From Podarcis tiliguerta (taxonomy: Eukaryota): a DNA stretch of 64,000 nt. Both the position numbers and the translations under genes were made by a program. The stretch lies in NCBI GenBank assembly GCA_965153285.1, contig OZ229116.1; one strand, written 5' to 3'. The stretch's first letter is position 1. Each line of letters opens with the position of its first letter. Shown here piece by piece: positions 11,759 to 25,282 of the stretch. A model generated the notes under the pieces. It worked only from the letters and a program-made list of their open reading frames with translations, did no database searches and was not told the DNA's origin.

Positions 11759-14700
11759 TATATTATTCTAACTAGGTGGATGACCCCAGTTGAATGTAGA
11801 ATTTGAAAAGTCGGTATATGGTATAAAGAGCCATCCATTTTATTATATATTTTTATATTTGTTGTGCTGTGATGGTTAAGGACTTGGATTTTCATAAATG
11901 TAGTGGGTTCTATCTAAGTTTTACTCAGATTAGACCCATTGAAATGAATAAACTTAACTCAGTGTGTCTCCTCAGAGAATGACTAATGCTGGAAACAACT
12001 GAATTATTCTTATTCTTATTTAAATTTATATACCACCCTTCATCCAAAGATCTCAGAGCCGTTCACAAGATAAAAATACAGTAATATGTTGAAAGCTGCA
12101 TATTCTAGGGCGTGCATAGAAATGTATGCTGTGAATACAGCATACAAATATGCAATCTACCTGGGGAAATTGCTTTCTAAAATTGTGCAGATTAAGGAAA
12201 ATTGCATACAAAAAATGGCACATTAGGAGAAAAGTGCATTAAAATGCTGGCAAATCATGATTTATTTATTTTTTAAAAAAATACAAGCTGATGTGGAAAT
12301 GTGGAAAATTGAACTTAATATTGGAAAAATGAAAAACAGAGGGACTGTCAGATTTTGCCATCTCTAAGTGGCATCAGCTGGTAACACCAGTAGTGTGCTC
12401 ATATCCTGTGGTGAAAGAATAAGATCCAAATGAATTTCTTTTTTTCCTCCTGGTTCCCCCGGGCTCAATGCACTCACAAAAATGAGTGTGGGGGTGGCTG
12501 TTGGATCCGGTGCTTCCTAATAGTTTTGCATATTAATTCTAACCATTTTCCTCTTCTAGAAGCATCCCTCCAAAAAGGATACAAAGGAAATTGGCATGTG
12601 CTGTGTAACAGATGGATTGTCTCTCTGCCTCCTCCCAACACATACTCAGGCTGCAATCCTGCCAGCCACACTTCCTTTCGGATTTGTTCGCTAGTGTTTT
12701 AATAGCCACTTTGGCATTTACACCACTGCCCACTCCAAGATCAGGGAGGGAGGGGCAGCAATAACTAGTTTTTATAGATTAAAACAGAACAAAATATCAC
12801 AGTCTTAAACCAAACTGTAGGAAAGGTTCTGTATAAGACCATCACATGTCTGCTTGAAATGTGTCTAGTTGCAGGTGAAAATAAAATGCCTTCATGCATT
12901 ACCTGTGCAAATGGGGCTATGTTGATGAAAGGGACATGGAGCTGAGCTCTGCTGACCCAGACAACAATGTATAGTTATTCCTCTCAGTTACCTGACTTTC
13001 AAATTATGTATAGGGCTCATTGCTATGTACTAAAATTGCATCCTAAATTTTAATCTAACACCGCAGTTTACCTGCCATGCTTGCCCTCCTCAAACTAATC
13101 ATCAGCACGGAGGAGGCAAGACCTTCTTGGAGTGTAACTCTGGAGACCCCTCCATCATACACTCAAGTTTTATATGTGTGTAAATAAGCCATATATCATA
13201 AAGACACCACAGTCTCCGCTGTGCCTCATTTCTCAAAGGAAACACAGACCCTGGTGGGTAAAACATACCTGGAATTCCCTGGAATCTCGTACTGTTGTGG
13301 TGATTGTGTAACAATGTTCAGCACTGGTAAGACAGAGGCCTATACAGTAATCACTGCTCTACATCATAAGGACTATTAAGGTGGTCAGAAATCTTGATCA
13401 TTTGGAAATACCTTTCGCATGGTCCGCTATATACTCAGACATTAAGGGGACTGAGGTCAGTGGGTAAGTGATTCTTTCCCCTCACCACACACATTGGGTA
13501 TATGATTTGGAAGAGGAACACAAGTGTACCATCATGGCCTGCCTTCTTGAGCTCTGTCCACCCCTCCATATAATGTTAGACTATAACTCCCCAATAAGTG
13601 GCCATGCCGGCTGGGGTTGATGGGAGTTACAGTCTGACAACCTTTGGAGGGCACCATGTGGGCTAATCATGCCTTAGTGATCCAGATTTAGATTCAGATG
13701 TGCTGTGAACATCTTTTTAAACACACACACACTTTAAAAGGCACAATAATGTATTGAAGGTTGAATGTAACCTTTGCTCCTCTTCTTAGGCACTTATGTT
13801 GCTATGAGCCTTGTGCTTTAAAGTCCTTACAATTGAATTTACCATTCCCCAGACTTCTACAATCTATGCTGGGTTATGCTGAAGTCAAAATTCTACTCAG
13901 TAATTACTCCACTATAATTACAAGCTTACCTTTGGTAAAAGTATATGCCAAAATAATAGAATAGATTGACACCAACAGTCATCAGAGAGAGAGAGATCTT
14001 CACCCAAATTAACACAAGCACTGAAAAGCCATTAGTATGTAACACAAAGACCAAAAGGTGAGAGCAGCTAGTTCAGCAGGATTTGCTAAAGGAATAATTT
14101 AATTTGCAGTCTAATTTTGGGCCATGTTACTATGACAGTAGAGGATGGCTTGAAGAAAAATATGCAAAGGAAACTTTTATTTATTCAGGCTGCCTACACC
14201 CTTTAGGATACATATGCAGATATTTTTAGTTATATCATACATAGTCTCTCCCCCCCCCCCGATAAAATTGCCTGAAGTTACAAACACTGTCACACACACA
14301 CATATCCACTCATCATCATCACATGCCCTAAAGGGAACACAAAGGGGAAGTAATTGTATGTTTGTATTTTGCTTCTTCAAAACAAAATAAAAACATCCAA
14401 TGATACATCCAAACAGTTCCATAAGATCATGTGCAAGGTCCAGTACAGGCTCAGCTTATTAGAAATAACTTTAACTTATAAAAAGAGCTGACAAACATAC
14501 CTCGCTTGCTCTCATGCTCCATTTTGCCTGCATCCCACCCCCAAAACTATGTGTTCCTGGACAGCCATTGGCATGTCCTCACTCTCAAAGAGTCTAGGAA
14601 CAAAGACTCAAAGGCAGCTCCCTTCAAAATGGTGATTTGCAATTCAATACCTTTGTCACTTGATCTAAGGTTAAACCCTCAGGTGTTAGCTAGCAGAAAA

Positions 14701-16197
14701 CAACAATAGTTAATTATCAACTCAGTTAAAGCTTATAGTCCTGTTCTTGGCTTCAATATAGCCCCATGGAAAATCTCCATATTAAAGCCTTCAGTGATAC
14801 ATATTTAGGCATTCATCATTTCAGTGTTAAGTATAAACCAATTATATTTAAAATCCTATGTGCGGAAAGAAGGCTACTGTACGAAGGTGAATTTTACATT
14901 AATTACTCCACCTACTTTTGCCTCTGGCTCTGACTCACACTGGCACATGACCCTTGGGCTGAAAACCATTCCCCACTACTGCTGTATAATATGTCTGGAT
15001 AGAGACCATTGTTTACAAAGGTCTCTGGGAGGCATGTTTGTCCCAGACTGGTAGCTCCATAGCCCAGCCCAGCAATGGGATCCTTCTTCAATACAATGAT
15101 TTTCCCATGTTGTCATTTATTTCAGCCGCAGAAACTCTACACTTTTGTGTTCATATGCAAACTAGTGGGGAAGAAGACAAAAGCACAAAAAAATCCATGA
15201 TCAGATGAGGCAAATGAATCCAGTTCCGAAGAAGCAGAAATTATATTTACATCAACTGCTATCAGCCATGACCCTATCATACAATAAGAAAAAATGAATG
15301 GGATGGAAAACCATGGGATTGGTCCTTTAAATAATGGACTGAAACAGGAAGGATTTCCCTTGAGACTAAACCTTTGTTACAGTTCTGGAAACAAATTGAA
15401 ACCATTATTTCCGTTCAATAAAACATGTGCCTTATGAGCTTGGCCACTTTGCTGGCATGCTGTGTGTGCCTTTTTACTTTGCTCTTTTGGGTCATCAGAC
15501 TGAGGCTGTAGGCAAGAATCCATAATGCAGCTATGTGGGAATGTGACCTGAAGATACTGCTATGGTGACAGTCGCCAGATGGTGTGATTTGGGTGGGTGG
15601 GAAAAATCTCACCAGCTCTTCTTCTTGGAGTCAGAACAAATATTCGATCTGAGTCAAGTTATCTGAAATAAAATCTGATCACGCGGCATAATTTACAGTA
15701 CTTTCTGAAAAACCTACAGCTGCTTGTACATATTGGAAATGCTGTTGATCCAGTGGGATGAATGGCCTCCCATACCTGCCCTCTTCCAGGGCATGATCCT
15801 CTTCATCCTCTCCCAAATAAGGAGAAGATGAAAGTTGGATTTAGACAGCTAGTTACATAATTTCTTGCATTTATTCTGAAAGAGACAGTTGGTACAATCA
15901 ACATATGAGATGGCTCTTTCAGAATAAATGAAATCTTCATGTCACTGATTATGTGGATTTTGAACTGATTGTTGTTTGATAAGGCTATAGACACAATCAC
16001 TTCTAAACAACCACAGGCGAGATAAGTGTTCTCGGCTTCTCTGCTGTGTTTCACAATTAATGACAATTAAATGGCAAGTTTAACATCTAAAGTGTAGATG
16101 GTGGAAAACTTGACTATGACTGGGCACAGGTTAGAGCCCAGACCTTCTCTCTGGTAGTGAAGGTGGTGGTGGGAAAACGTATTTCTCCATCAATATT

Positions 16198-17629
16198 GTT
16201 GTTGTTGTTTAGTCGTTTAGTCATGACCGACTCTTCGTGACCGCATGGACCACAGCACACCAGACACTCCTGTCTTCTACTGCCTTCTGCAGCTTGGTCA
16301 AACTCATGTTGGTAGCTTCGAGAACACTGTCCAACCATCTGGTCCTCTGTCGTCACCTTCTCCTTGTGCCCTCAATCCTTCCCAACATCAGGGTCTTCTC
16401 TTCTCATGAGGTAGCCAGAGTATTGGAGCCTCAGCTTCAGGATCTGTCCTTCCAGTAAGCACTCAGGGCTGATTTTCTTAAGAATGGATAGGTTTGATCT
16501 TCTTGCAGTCCATGGGACTCTCAAGAGTCTCCTCCAACACCATAATTCAAAAGCATCGATTCTTCGGCAATCAGCCTTCTTGATGGTCCAGCTCTCACTT
16601 CCATATATCACTACTGGGGAAACCATAGATTTAACTATATGGACCTTTGTCGGCAAGGTGATGTCTCTGCTTTTTAAGATGCTGTCTAGGTTTGTCATTG
16701 CTTTTCTCCCAAGAAGCAGGTGTCTTTTAATTTCGTGACTGCTGTCACCATCTGCAGTGATCATGGAGCCCAAGTAAATAAAATCTCTCATTGCCTCCAT
16801 TCCCCCCCCCCCCTCTATTTGCCAGGAGGTGATGGGACCAGTGGCCATGATCTTCGTTTTGATGTTGATGTTTTGATGTTGAGCTTCAGACCATATTTTG
16901 CGCTCTCCTCTTTTACCCTCATTAAAAGGTTCTTTAATTCCTCCTCACTTTCTGCCATCAAGGTTGTGTCATCTGCATATCTGAGGTTGTTGATATTTCT
17001 TCTGGCAATCTTAATTCCAGTTTGGGATTCATCCAGCCTGGCCTTTCGCATGATGAATTCTGCATATAAGTTAAATAAGCAGGGAGACAGTATACAGCCT
17101 TGTTGTACTCCTTTCCCAATTTTGAACCAATCAGTTGTTCTATATCCAGTTCTACCTATAGCTTCTTGTCCCACATAGAGATTTCTCAGGAGACAGATGA
17201 GGTGATCAGGCTCTCCCATGTCTTTAAGAACTTGCCATAGTTTACAGAGGTCGACAGAGTCAAAGGCTTTTGCATAGTAAATGAAGCAGAAGTAGATGTT
17301 TTTCTGGAACTCTCTAGCTTTCTCCATAATCCAGTGCATGTTTGCAATTTGGTCTCTGGTTCCTCTGCCTCTTCATAATCCAGCTTGCACTTCTGTGAGT
17401 TCTCGGTCCACATACTGCCTAAGCCTGCCTTGTAGAATTTTAAGCATAGCCTTGCTAGCGTGTGAAATGAGCACAATTGTGCGGTAGTTGGAGCATTCGT
17501 TGGCACTGCCCTTCTTTGGGATTAGGATGTAGACTGATCTTCTCCAATGCTCTGGCAACTGCTGAGTTTTCCAAACTTGCTGGCATATTGAGTGTAGCAC
17601 CTTAACAGCAGCATCTTTTAAAATTTTAA
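16198..17629 (-). mobile_element. BovB (RTE) LINE, 5'-truncated, about 1.4 kb, frameshifted RT
   Basis: ORF pieces 17373..17600, 16815..17339 (AKAFD, QGCILSP, LRYADD) and 16372..16848. (CAA)n tail. Possible TSD ATCAA(T/C)ATT at 16189-16197 and 17630-17638. Confidence 0.95.
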
Positions 17630-17749
17630 ATCAACATTACACCTGTTCAAAGTTGGCCAGTTGATCTGTTTGAGATCCTGCCAGGCCTGGTGAAACATCA
17701 TCAGGTTGAGCCTTCAAAGGACTGTTATGACCCATTTGCTTTACATTTT

Positions 17750-18065
17750 GCAGAAAAAAATTGCTTGTCTCTGCTTTGCCTTAGGTGACCTACTTTTGAC
17801 TGAATCAGAGGTGGAGGCAGCCAAGGTTCTGCTTGGTCATGTTGTTATGGATACTTTTGAGCTTCTGAAGCCTGAGGATGTAAACAAGCAGCTTGGCTGG
17901 ATGAAGCCAGCCACCTGTGTTCTGCCTCCCTTGGAGGCACAGCTGGTGGGGAGAAAACAGTGGCCATTTTCATTTGCAGCACCCAGACTTTGGACTCCTA
18001 CTCCAGAAACACTTTGATGGCCCCTTCCCTGATGAACATCAGGCATGCTGTTAAGATTTTTTCCC
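17750..18065 (+). mobile_element. Old L2-like LINE relic, internally deleted
   Basis: A FELLKPEDVNKQL...PATC segment is joined directly to a C-terminal FSFAAPRLW motif (ORF 17706..18017). Confidence 0.55.
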
Positions 18066-20661
18066 CAAGACAGTTTGTCTGTGCTGATTTTCTTCTCCTG
18101 CATGGTTTTAATGTGCTGGCTCCTGTTTTACTGCTTATGTCATTCTTATGCTTTGACTACATTGGCATGCCTTTAATAGGAAGCCTCATTTGTGATGTAA
18201 TGGTTTCTTGTCATGCTCAACATGGGGTGAGCTTACTTGCTCAGGTTGCATTCCACATCTTAGCTCTGCTCTCCAGACAACACACAACAGACTGGTATCA
18301 TAACAGACTCCTTTATTACTGCTGTACATAAGAAGACATTAACTGCTGAGGAGCCACTTGGCCTCAGTTCCAAGGCCTGCTCTAAGACAGGTCTCTGGGA
18401 AGAAAAAACTAAAACCTATATGATATCAATGCTATATATACACACTCCTAAAAATTAGGGCTGTGGTGTTGTTGTTTTTAAAAAATCTTATAATCTATTA
18501 AGAAGCATCCCTTTGTAATGACAAAAGCTAAAACTGTCAAATGTTGCTGTCAAATTATAACAGTGACACCCACATTTCAACATCAAAATGTTAAAATTTG
18601 GAATGAGGATGGCATAGTGAAAGCCTGCATGGTCTTCAGGAGTTCTCTTCCATCATGATTTTCATCTGAACTTCCCTCTTTTCTTTCCCCTACCCTAGGA
18701 TGTCTGCATTGTGGCTGGCAAGAGGCAAAAAAATATTCTGCCTATGTATCAACTAAAGTCAGCAACTATTTATGCAGAAATAATGGGCAATGCTTTGAAC
18801 TTTCACCCCTAGGTTAGACTATCACATACTTTGTTTTTTGGGTATTCTGGGAGGGGGGGAGGCCTGCACAGACTTCAAACTGGACAAAATGCTGTTGTCA
18901 GAATTTTACTCACACTAAGTGGCCTCAGCATGTTGCAAGTATCCTGAGGGAGCTACATTGGCTCTCTGTCAAACATAAAATTGATTTTCAAATTGCTGTG
19001 ATGGTTTATAAGGCAGGGCAGTTTGGGCACTGTGAATTTATTTGAGGCACTGCCTCAGCATGTGCTCAGTCTCTCTTTGAGATCATATGAAGCAAGTAAA
19101 TTGGCCATTCCAAACACCACAGTAAGGTTAAAAATCTAAGGTTCTCACACTGAGCCAGTTTGTAGTATTGCAATACGACTCTAGTATGTGTTCAGTGACC
19201 AAGCTTTTCATTGTGTACTTCACTGACCCATCCCTATAGTACTATATAACGAAGTTCAGATACTTGTGGGAAGCAACTGATGGACATATTTTTTTCTAGA
19301 CCTGTGCAGTCCATGTCTACTTGGAGGTAAGTCCCAAGTTAGTGTGCATTAGACTGAAGACTTATAACATAGAAGGCCATTATTTTTTCTGTATAAAGGT
19401 TGTTGTGACACCCATAACTCTTTACTTTCAGAAAAGGAAGATGCCTCTCCTTTTAGTCATTCCTGTAGTGGGGTTTTCCTAGCACTCAGATTTGAATTTA
19501 ACACAACTTGGTCTGTAGTTCAGTCTGCTTGCATGCTCTCTGATATCTATGGCAAGGCTGTATGTCTGCAAAGGGATCCCTGCAGGAAAGAGGGTACAAC
19601 CTAAATTTGTCATGAACTAATATGCCCCTCCCTTTATCCCAGAGTTCCAGAATTTGTGGTTATAAATGGTGATGTCAGTTATTTCCATTTTGACTATCTG
19701 TGAGGATCTAGATGAGTGATACCACATGATGCAGTTTTGTATCAAATCATGCCTCTCTGCCTTGCTGACATGTCTTCCTAGAATGATGTACCTAATTATG
19801 ATTTTCCAAAGCCACATTTTGCTGTTGCTTTGAGAGACATTGTTTAAGGCCCTTGCTTTTCTGCACACTTGGATGCAGACATTAGATAATATATGGGATG
19901 AACAATATCCTCTGTCCCATCTCTATCTGCAAGCTAATAACAAATAATTATCTCAGTGTAGATATTGCTCTTTAACACGATGGCTACATTTTGACTCCAT
20001 CCCTATCAGCCTGAGATCAGCCCTATTTCTTGTAGGTGATCCTCTCAAGGAGCTGAGGCAACTACTGACAGCAACATTAACCTCAAGGTGTTTCATCTTT
20101 GAGGGCAATGAAACTTTCTGTGCCCCAAGGAGGTTCCCATTCCACTTCTTTCCCACCACACAGGCTTGAAGGTTGATTCTGGCATCTTCACCAGGAACAG
20201 GTCTCACCAAAATTATCCTACTTACTATTTTCCCTTCTACCTCAGTCACACTGTACTTATCCAGCGCAGACATTTTATTGACTTCATCTTGAAGATGAAG
20301 AAACATTTTTCTTTAAATCCCATTAAAATTCTCACAAATTCTTTGTTTCAAGAATGGAGAATCTGTGGCCCTAAGTATGTTGTTGGGTTCCACTCCCATA
20401 ATCCAAAACTAGCATGATCAATGGTCAAGAATGATGGGAGTTATTGTTCAGTAAGGCCAACATTTTCCCCACACCACATCTTTTTAATGTACTTCCCCCC
20501 CTCAAAACATATTTATCCCTCTCTTCTTTAGGCAATTCAGGCCTAGTTTTACTGAAGTGGTAAACTTGGGTTGAAGATGGGAGTCTAAGAATGCTACTTG
20601 AGACAAATATATCCTTCGCGTAGGGAAGCAAGCAATACTAGGAAGCTAACCAGAATATGTA

Positions 20662-20890
20662 CAGTGGTACCTCGGGTTAAGTACTTAATTCATTCTGGAG
20701 TTACATACTTAACCTGAAACTGTTCTTAACCTGAAGCACCACTTTAGCTAATGGGGCCTCCTGCTGCTGCTGCTGCGCCACTGGAGCATGATTTCTGTTC
20801 TCATCCTGAAGAAAAGTTCTTATGCTGAAGCACTATTTCTGGGTTAGCAGAGTCTGTAACCTGAAGCGTATGTAACCTGAGGTACCACTG
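20662..20890. mobile_element. Tigger-like MITE, family B
   Basis: TIR CAGTGGTACCTC(G/A)GGTTA with TA flanks. Confidence 0.9.
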
Positions 20891-22000
20891 TACTTGTAGA
20901 GTCTAGTTTTCTATGTGTGGTAGGTTTTTGAAAAACAAAGAAACCCAGCCACATTAAATCAGCTTCACTCTGAAATGAAACAGTCCAGACACAGGTTTAC
21001 TACCTTTGTGAGATCAAGGCCTCCAAATACATCTTTAAAGTAATAGTTTTCATATTACCATAGCTCACATTAACTCTATAAAGTCTTGGGAGATTTCAGG
21101 TAGGTATTGCAATACTAATTGTGAACAGATTATGATAAATCACAAAAGGCTGCCACAGCATTTCAAAGAAATGGTGTTTTGTGGGAGTTTTTTTGCTTAT
21201 TCAATTAAGTTCTGATTTTATTGTGCATTTTTACAACAGATATCAACAATCCTGATGACATTTTCAATATGGCTATCAATGCCTCTCATTACAATTACTT
21301 CAAGAGCTTTGAACTTTATGCTTTGACAGGGAGGAAGGAAATGCTGATGACATTAGATTTTATGTTTTCTTAACAAGCCTCTGTAGACTATGCTTTAAAA
21401 AGTAAAAGTGTTCCAGAACATAAAAATCAATTATAATTATGTGAGAAGAAAAGACGAGAAGTACAATTTCATCAACTTTCTGGAAGTTATCTTGACTGTG
21501 TGAAGAAGAATTAAAATAAAAGTAAAATACCTTCATGAAATTTGGTATGATCAGACACTTTTCCTGGTGCTATGGCCACTCTATGGACCGCTGTGAATAT
21601 TATAAATTTTCTCCCTTGAAAATGAAAATGAATGTTTTGCATTTAACTTTTTTTAAAAAAAGAAAACTACACTGTAAGCAGTAAAGCAAGCTTATTTCTG
21701 ATGAGATACCATATCTTGATGGTACCATAAGAAAAAAGGCCTCATCTTTACTGAGCAAGTCCTGGGGAAGATAGCTGTGGAGGTTCATATGAGAGGAGGT
21801 GGTTCTTCAAAAACCTTCTTCTAGGTAAGCAAGAAGAAAACTTATTTCTCAAAATAAATTAAATAACTCCAAGAAAATGTTTAGAGTTAGAAGTGGCATA
21901 AATATTTTTGATCTCCTAAAAATAAAATAGTATTTGCTACAGAATGCCCTAGCGAAGCAATGCTAGAACTAAATCTAAGCTAATCTAAATGCAAATTCTT

Positions 22001-22350
22001 TGCACGTCAAGGCCCCGAGCCCTCCCCCATTCTTGAGAATAAATCACACAGGCACCAGAATTTGGGTTAATGGGCTATGCAGGAGGAGGAAGAGAGAGCT
22101 TCCCTGGCCCTGGGGCCATTTAAATTGCCCTAGCCATGCCCTCCTGGATGACTGAATTGGTCAGCCAGGGGCCGTATTGCTGCCGGGGACTCTCTGTGAT
22201 CTGGGGGCATCACCACGCCCCCCCCCCCCCGCTGTACAAAGGGAGAGTGCACGGCTGGACTGCAACCCCGCCCCCCTGGGATGGGGAGCAGATTAGTGTT
22301 TTCCTTGTTAGCATGCAAGAGGGGAAGTGGTGACCCCCTCAGTATTTCCC
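22001..22350 (-). mobile_element. Deleted copy of the LTR-like family (see 42396-43133)
   Basis: Starts TGCACGTCAAGGCCCC...AATAAATCACACAG...TTAATGGGC, matching the left end of the 42396 copy. Right boundary uncertain. Confidence 0.5.
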
Positions 22351-24059
22351 TAGCGGATGGAAAAGATGCTCAACACAAGTATCGAAACAGTATCCTATAT
22401 GGTCTAAGGCTGTACTTGTAGTAAAATCCCCATGTCCTCTTTGCAGTTGTCATTTTGCAGGATGCCATTTTGAACCAAGATGGTCAGCAGAATCTTTCAA
22501 AACTAAAATGATTTGGGGGGGGGGGGGTTCTTAGAATTCCTGAGCAATGCTGGGTGTGAGGCTGCTAGTCTTTTGTAAATAATTAAAATATATATTTAGT
22601 GTTTTGAACTGTTATGTAATATCAACAAATCTGTATGTGTTTGGATATTTTTGTAAAAGCTGAGCTCATTATAAGCAATCTTTTTAGTAACCTTAATCAA
22701 AATATTTTCAAACTTTTAATATGGCAGGTATTTCTTATTATTTTTTAAAGCCTACCTCTCTTTAGTTTGTCTTCTTTTGCAAAAAAAGTAATTTTATTTA
22801 TTTAAAAGACTATGCATATTGAAAATAAAGTTGTTGGTAAATATTTCTAAGTTACATAGGTAAAATATAAAAAGTTTTGTCCCAAATGAAAACAAAATAT
22901 AATAGAATTTAATATTCCATATTCCTCAGGCATTCTGAATTAATTCAGCACTGAAATATAAAAAAGACCCAAAGAAAAGGACTCATGAATGAAGTCAAAT
23001 ACATTGTTTTAGCATCCATTATTATTTTTCTCGCTGAAACCCAGGAGGAGGGGGAATATTGATTTACTACATTTGTAGCCGTTAGTTATCATTGATTTAT
23101 TATTTCTCTTTCTGCTATTAATCTACACCATCAGACTAAAAAATAGCTTAACTACACAAATTCTCAATTTGTATTTCCCAAACTAACCCTTCTAAAATAT
23201 CAGAACAATTGGCCCTTTTGACACAAGCTTGAGACAGCACTATTCAAATATCAAGAGTTTAATAGCAATTTTCAAATGTTTCAAGAACACAATTTGGCAA
23301 TTAACTATTATCTGAAATAGTCATATATTTATTTCACTCTTATTTGGCAAATGTTTTAGAACTTGAGCCTCGGTCAATATAACATACTTTTTTTACAGAC
23401 TGCCTGAAGAAAAATGCTTAAACAAGCCATGCAATCCCATACATGTATAATTTATGGTAGAGATTGATGGTTGCTTTAAAGGATTTTTATGTAAGCAATG
23501 CCCTTAATTTCAACATCAGAAATAAAGGAAAATAGTTCAGGCAAGGAAGACCGATACAGTCCTGGGAGTAAAGTTAGATAACTGGGAGATGATGGAATGG
23601 CATTGGCTGAGGTGGATATAGATTTATAAATTGTTCTCTGCCCTGTGGCTACTGCAGGGTGTAAAAATGGTTTCTCACACTGTCAACATGAGATTATATT
23701 AGGTTACAAACAGAGTACTTGATTAGTCAGACCAAAGTATTAAAATGGAGGGAAGCTTATTTTGAGGAAAGTGCTGTGTTGATATGTTGTCAGAATAAGG
23801 AACATCTATATTTTTCTAATAGAAATAGTTCACCATTATACTAAACATAAGAGATCACACTCAGACAAGATCTATCAGGTCCAGCTTCCTGAGCTCACCG
23901 TGGCCAGCCAGATGACCATGGAAAGTCCCAGTCTCAATAGCACTTTCCCACTTGTTATCACCAGCAACTGGTCTTCAGAAGCTTACTGCCATGACTACTG
24001 GAAGTAATATAACTATTGCGACTAGTAGCCATCAATTGCTTATCTTCCATGAACCAACC

Positions 24060-24275
24060 CTGATCATCTGAGGCCCATCTCATGTGCCTTCTCTGCCAGA
24101 GGTCTGGAGGCAACACAAAAAAGGGCCTTTTTCCTTTGTGGCTCCTTGTTTGTGGAATACTCTCCCCAGGGAGGCTCACCTGGCGCCTCCATTACATATA
24201 TTTAGGTGCCAGACAAAACATTCTTCTTATCCCAGGCCTTTAGCTAATTAAGTAATCTATGGCCTTTTAAACTGT
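24060..24275 (+). mobile_element. L2-like LINE 3' fragment
   Basis: Motifs gatcatctgaggccc...agggcctttt...gtggctcct...tgtggaa; similar to 36930-37010. Confidence 0.65.
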
Positions 24276-25217
24276 GTGTGTTGGGTGTGTGTGTGTGTTT
24301 TTGTTATTAAGATATGTATTATGCCCCGTGATCTTATGACCTTGATGCTTCTATCATTAAACTTTAGATTGTTAAATAAGAATTTGTTTAGATTGCATGA
24401 AACTACCATGAAAGAGATGACATATATTGAACAATGGCTTAATGGTTTATTGGAAAAATTCTTAAATCCAGTTCAACTAAAGCTCAGTCTTAAATTTCAT
24501 CTAATTCTTTCTCTTCTCTACAATAGCCTGAAACAAGTATAAGATTGGCTCACTTAGCTAAGTTCATGGTTGTATTTATAAATAGTCCTTTCTCCCAGGC
24601 AAGCAGAATTAGACAGACTGAAGAGAATCTCATAGGCCTTTATAATTCAGCACCTTGAATTATGGCTAAAACCAATGCACCAGAGATCTTGTAATAATAA
24701 AAGCTGTCTAATGGCACAAAAAAAGCTTTGCATTTTCTTAACGACTTGTTAAATCTATTAATATCTATTAGGGAGTGGGGGGGGGGTGTAACTCCTTAAA
24801 GCATGGTAACTGTTACTTGGAATATGCTCTATAGGTACACCAATTATCCTTACCTATGGAAGGTTGTTATTCTTTCCAGTCCAGCTGGACATCATCTGCT
24901 CATTGATTCAGATTAACAAAGAGAGGTTCACAGCATTCCAGACAAGGGTGACATATCTAGGACACTGTGGAAACCCACAGCACTACCAATGGGACAGACG
25001 TATGTTAAATGTTCTTATTATGAATACAGAAATTTCCTGAACTGTGACAATAATAGGACTATGGTTCCATGTAGTAATGAGATGGGCCATTTCCTCTTTA
25101 AATATACATGGGGTGTGTTGTTGTTTTTTTGCTTCTGATATATTTGTCTGCCCTTGAAAAATGACATTATTTGCCCATGAACTGTGTTCTTGTGTATAGC
25201 ACACTTTGTCCATGTAG

Positions 25218-25282
25218 CAGGCTGGATAGCTCAGCTGGTTAGAGTGTGGTGCTCATAATGACAAGGTTGCAGGTTTGAGCCA
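25218..25282 (+). pseudogene. Degenerate tRNA-Ile-like sequence (SINE head or tRNA pseudogene)
   Basis: ggctggatagctcagctggttagagtgtggtgctcataatgacaaggttgcaggtttgagcc resembles vertebrate tRNA-Ile(AAT) with CpG decay; no intact acceptor stem. Confidence 0.55.

Noticed and set aside
25218-25282. Functional tRNA gene
   Set aside because: Stems are broken, the 3' acceptor arm is missing and CpGs have decayed.
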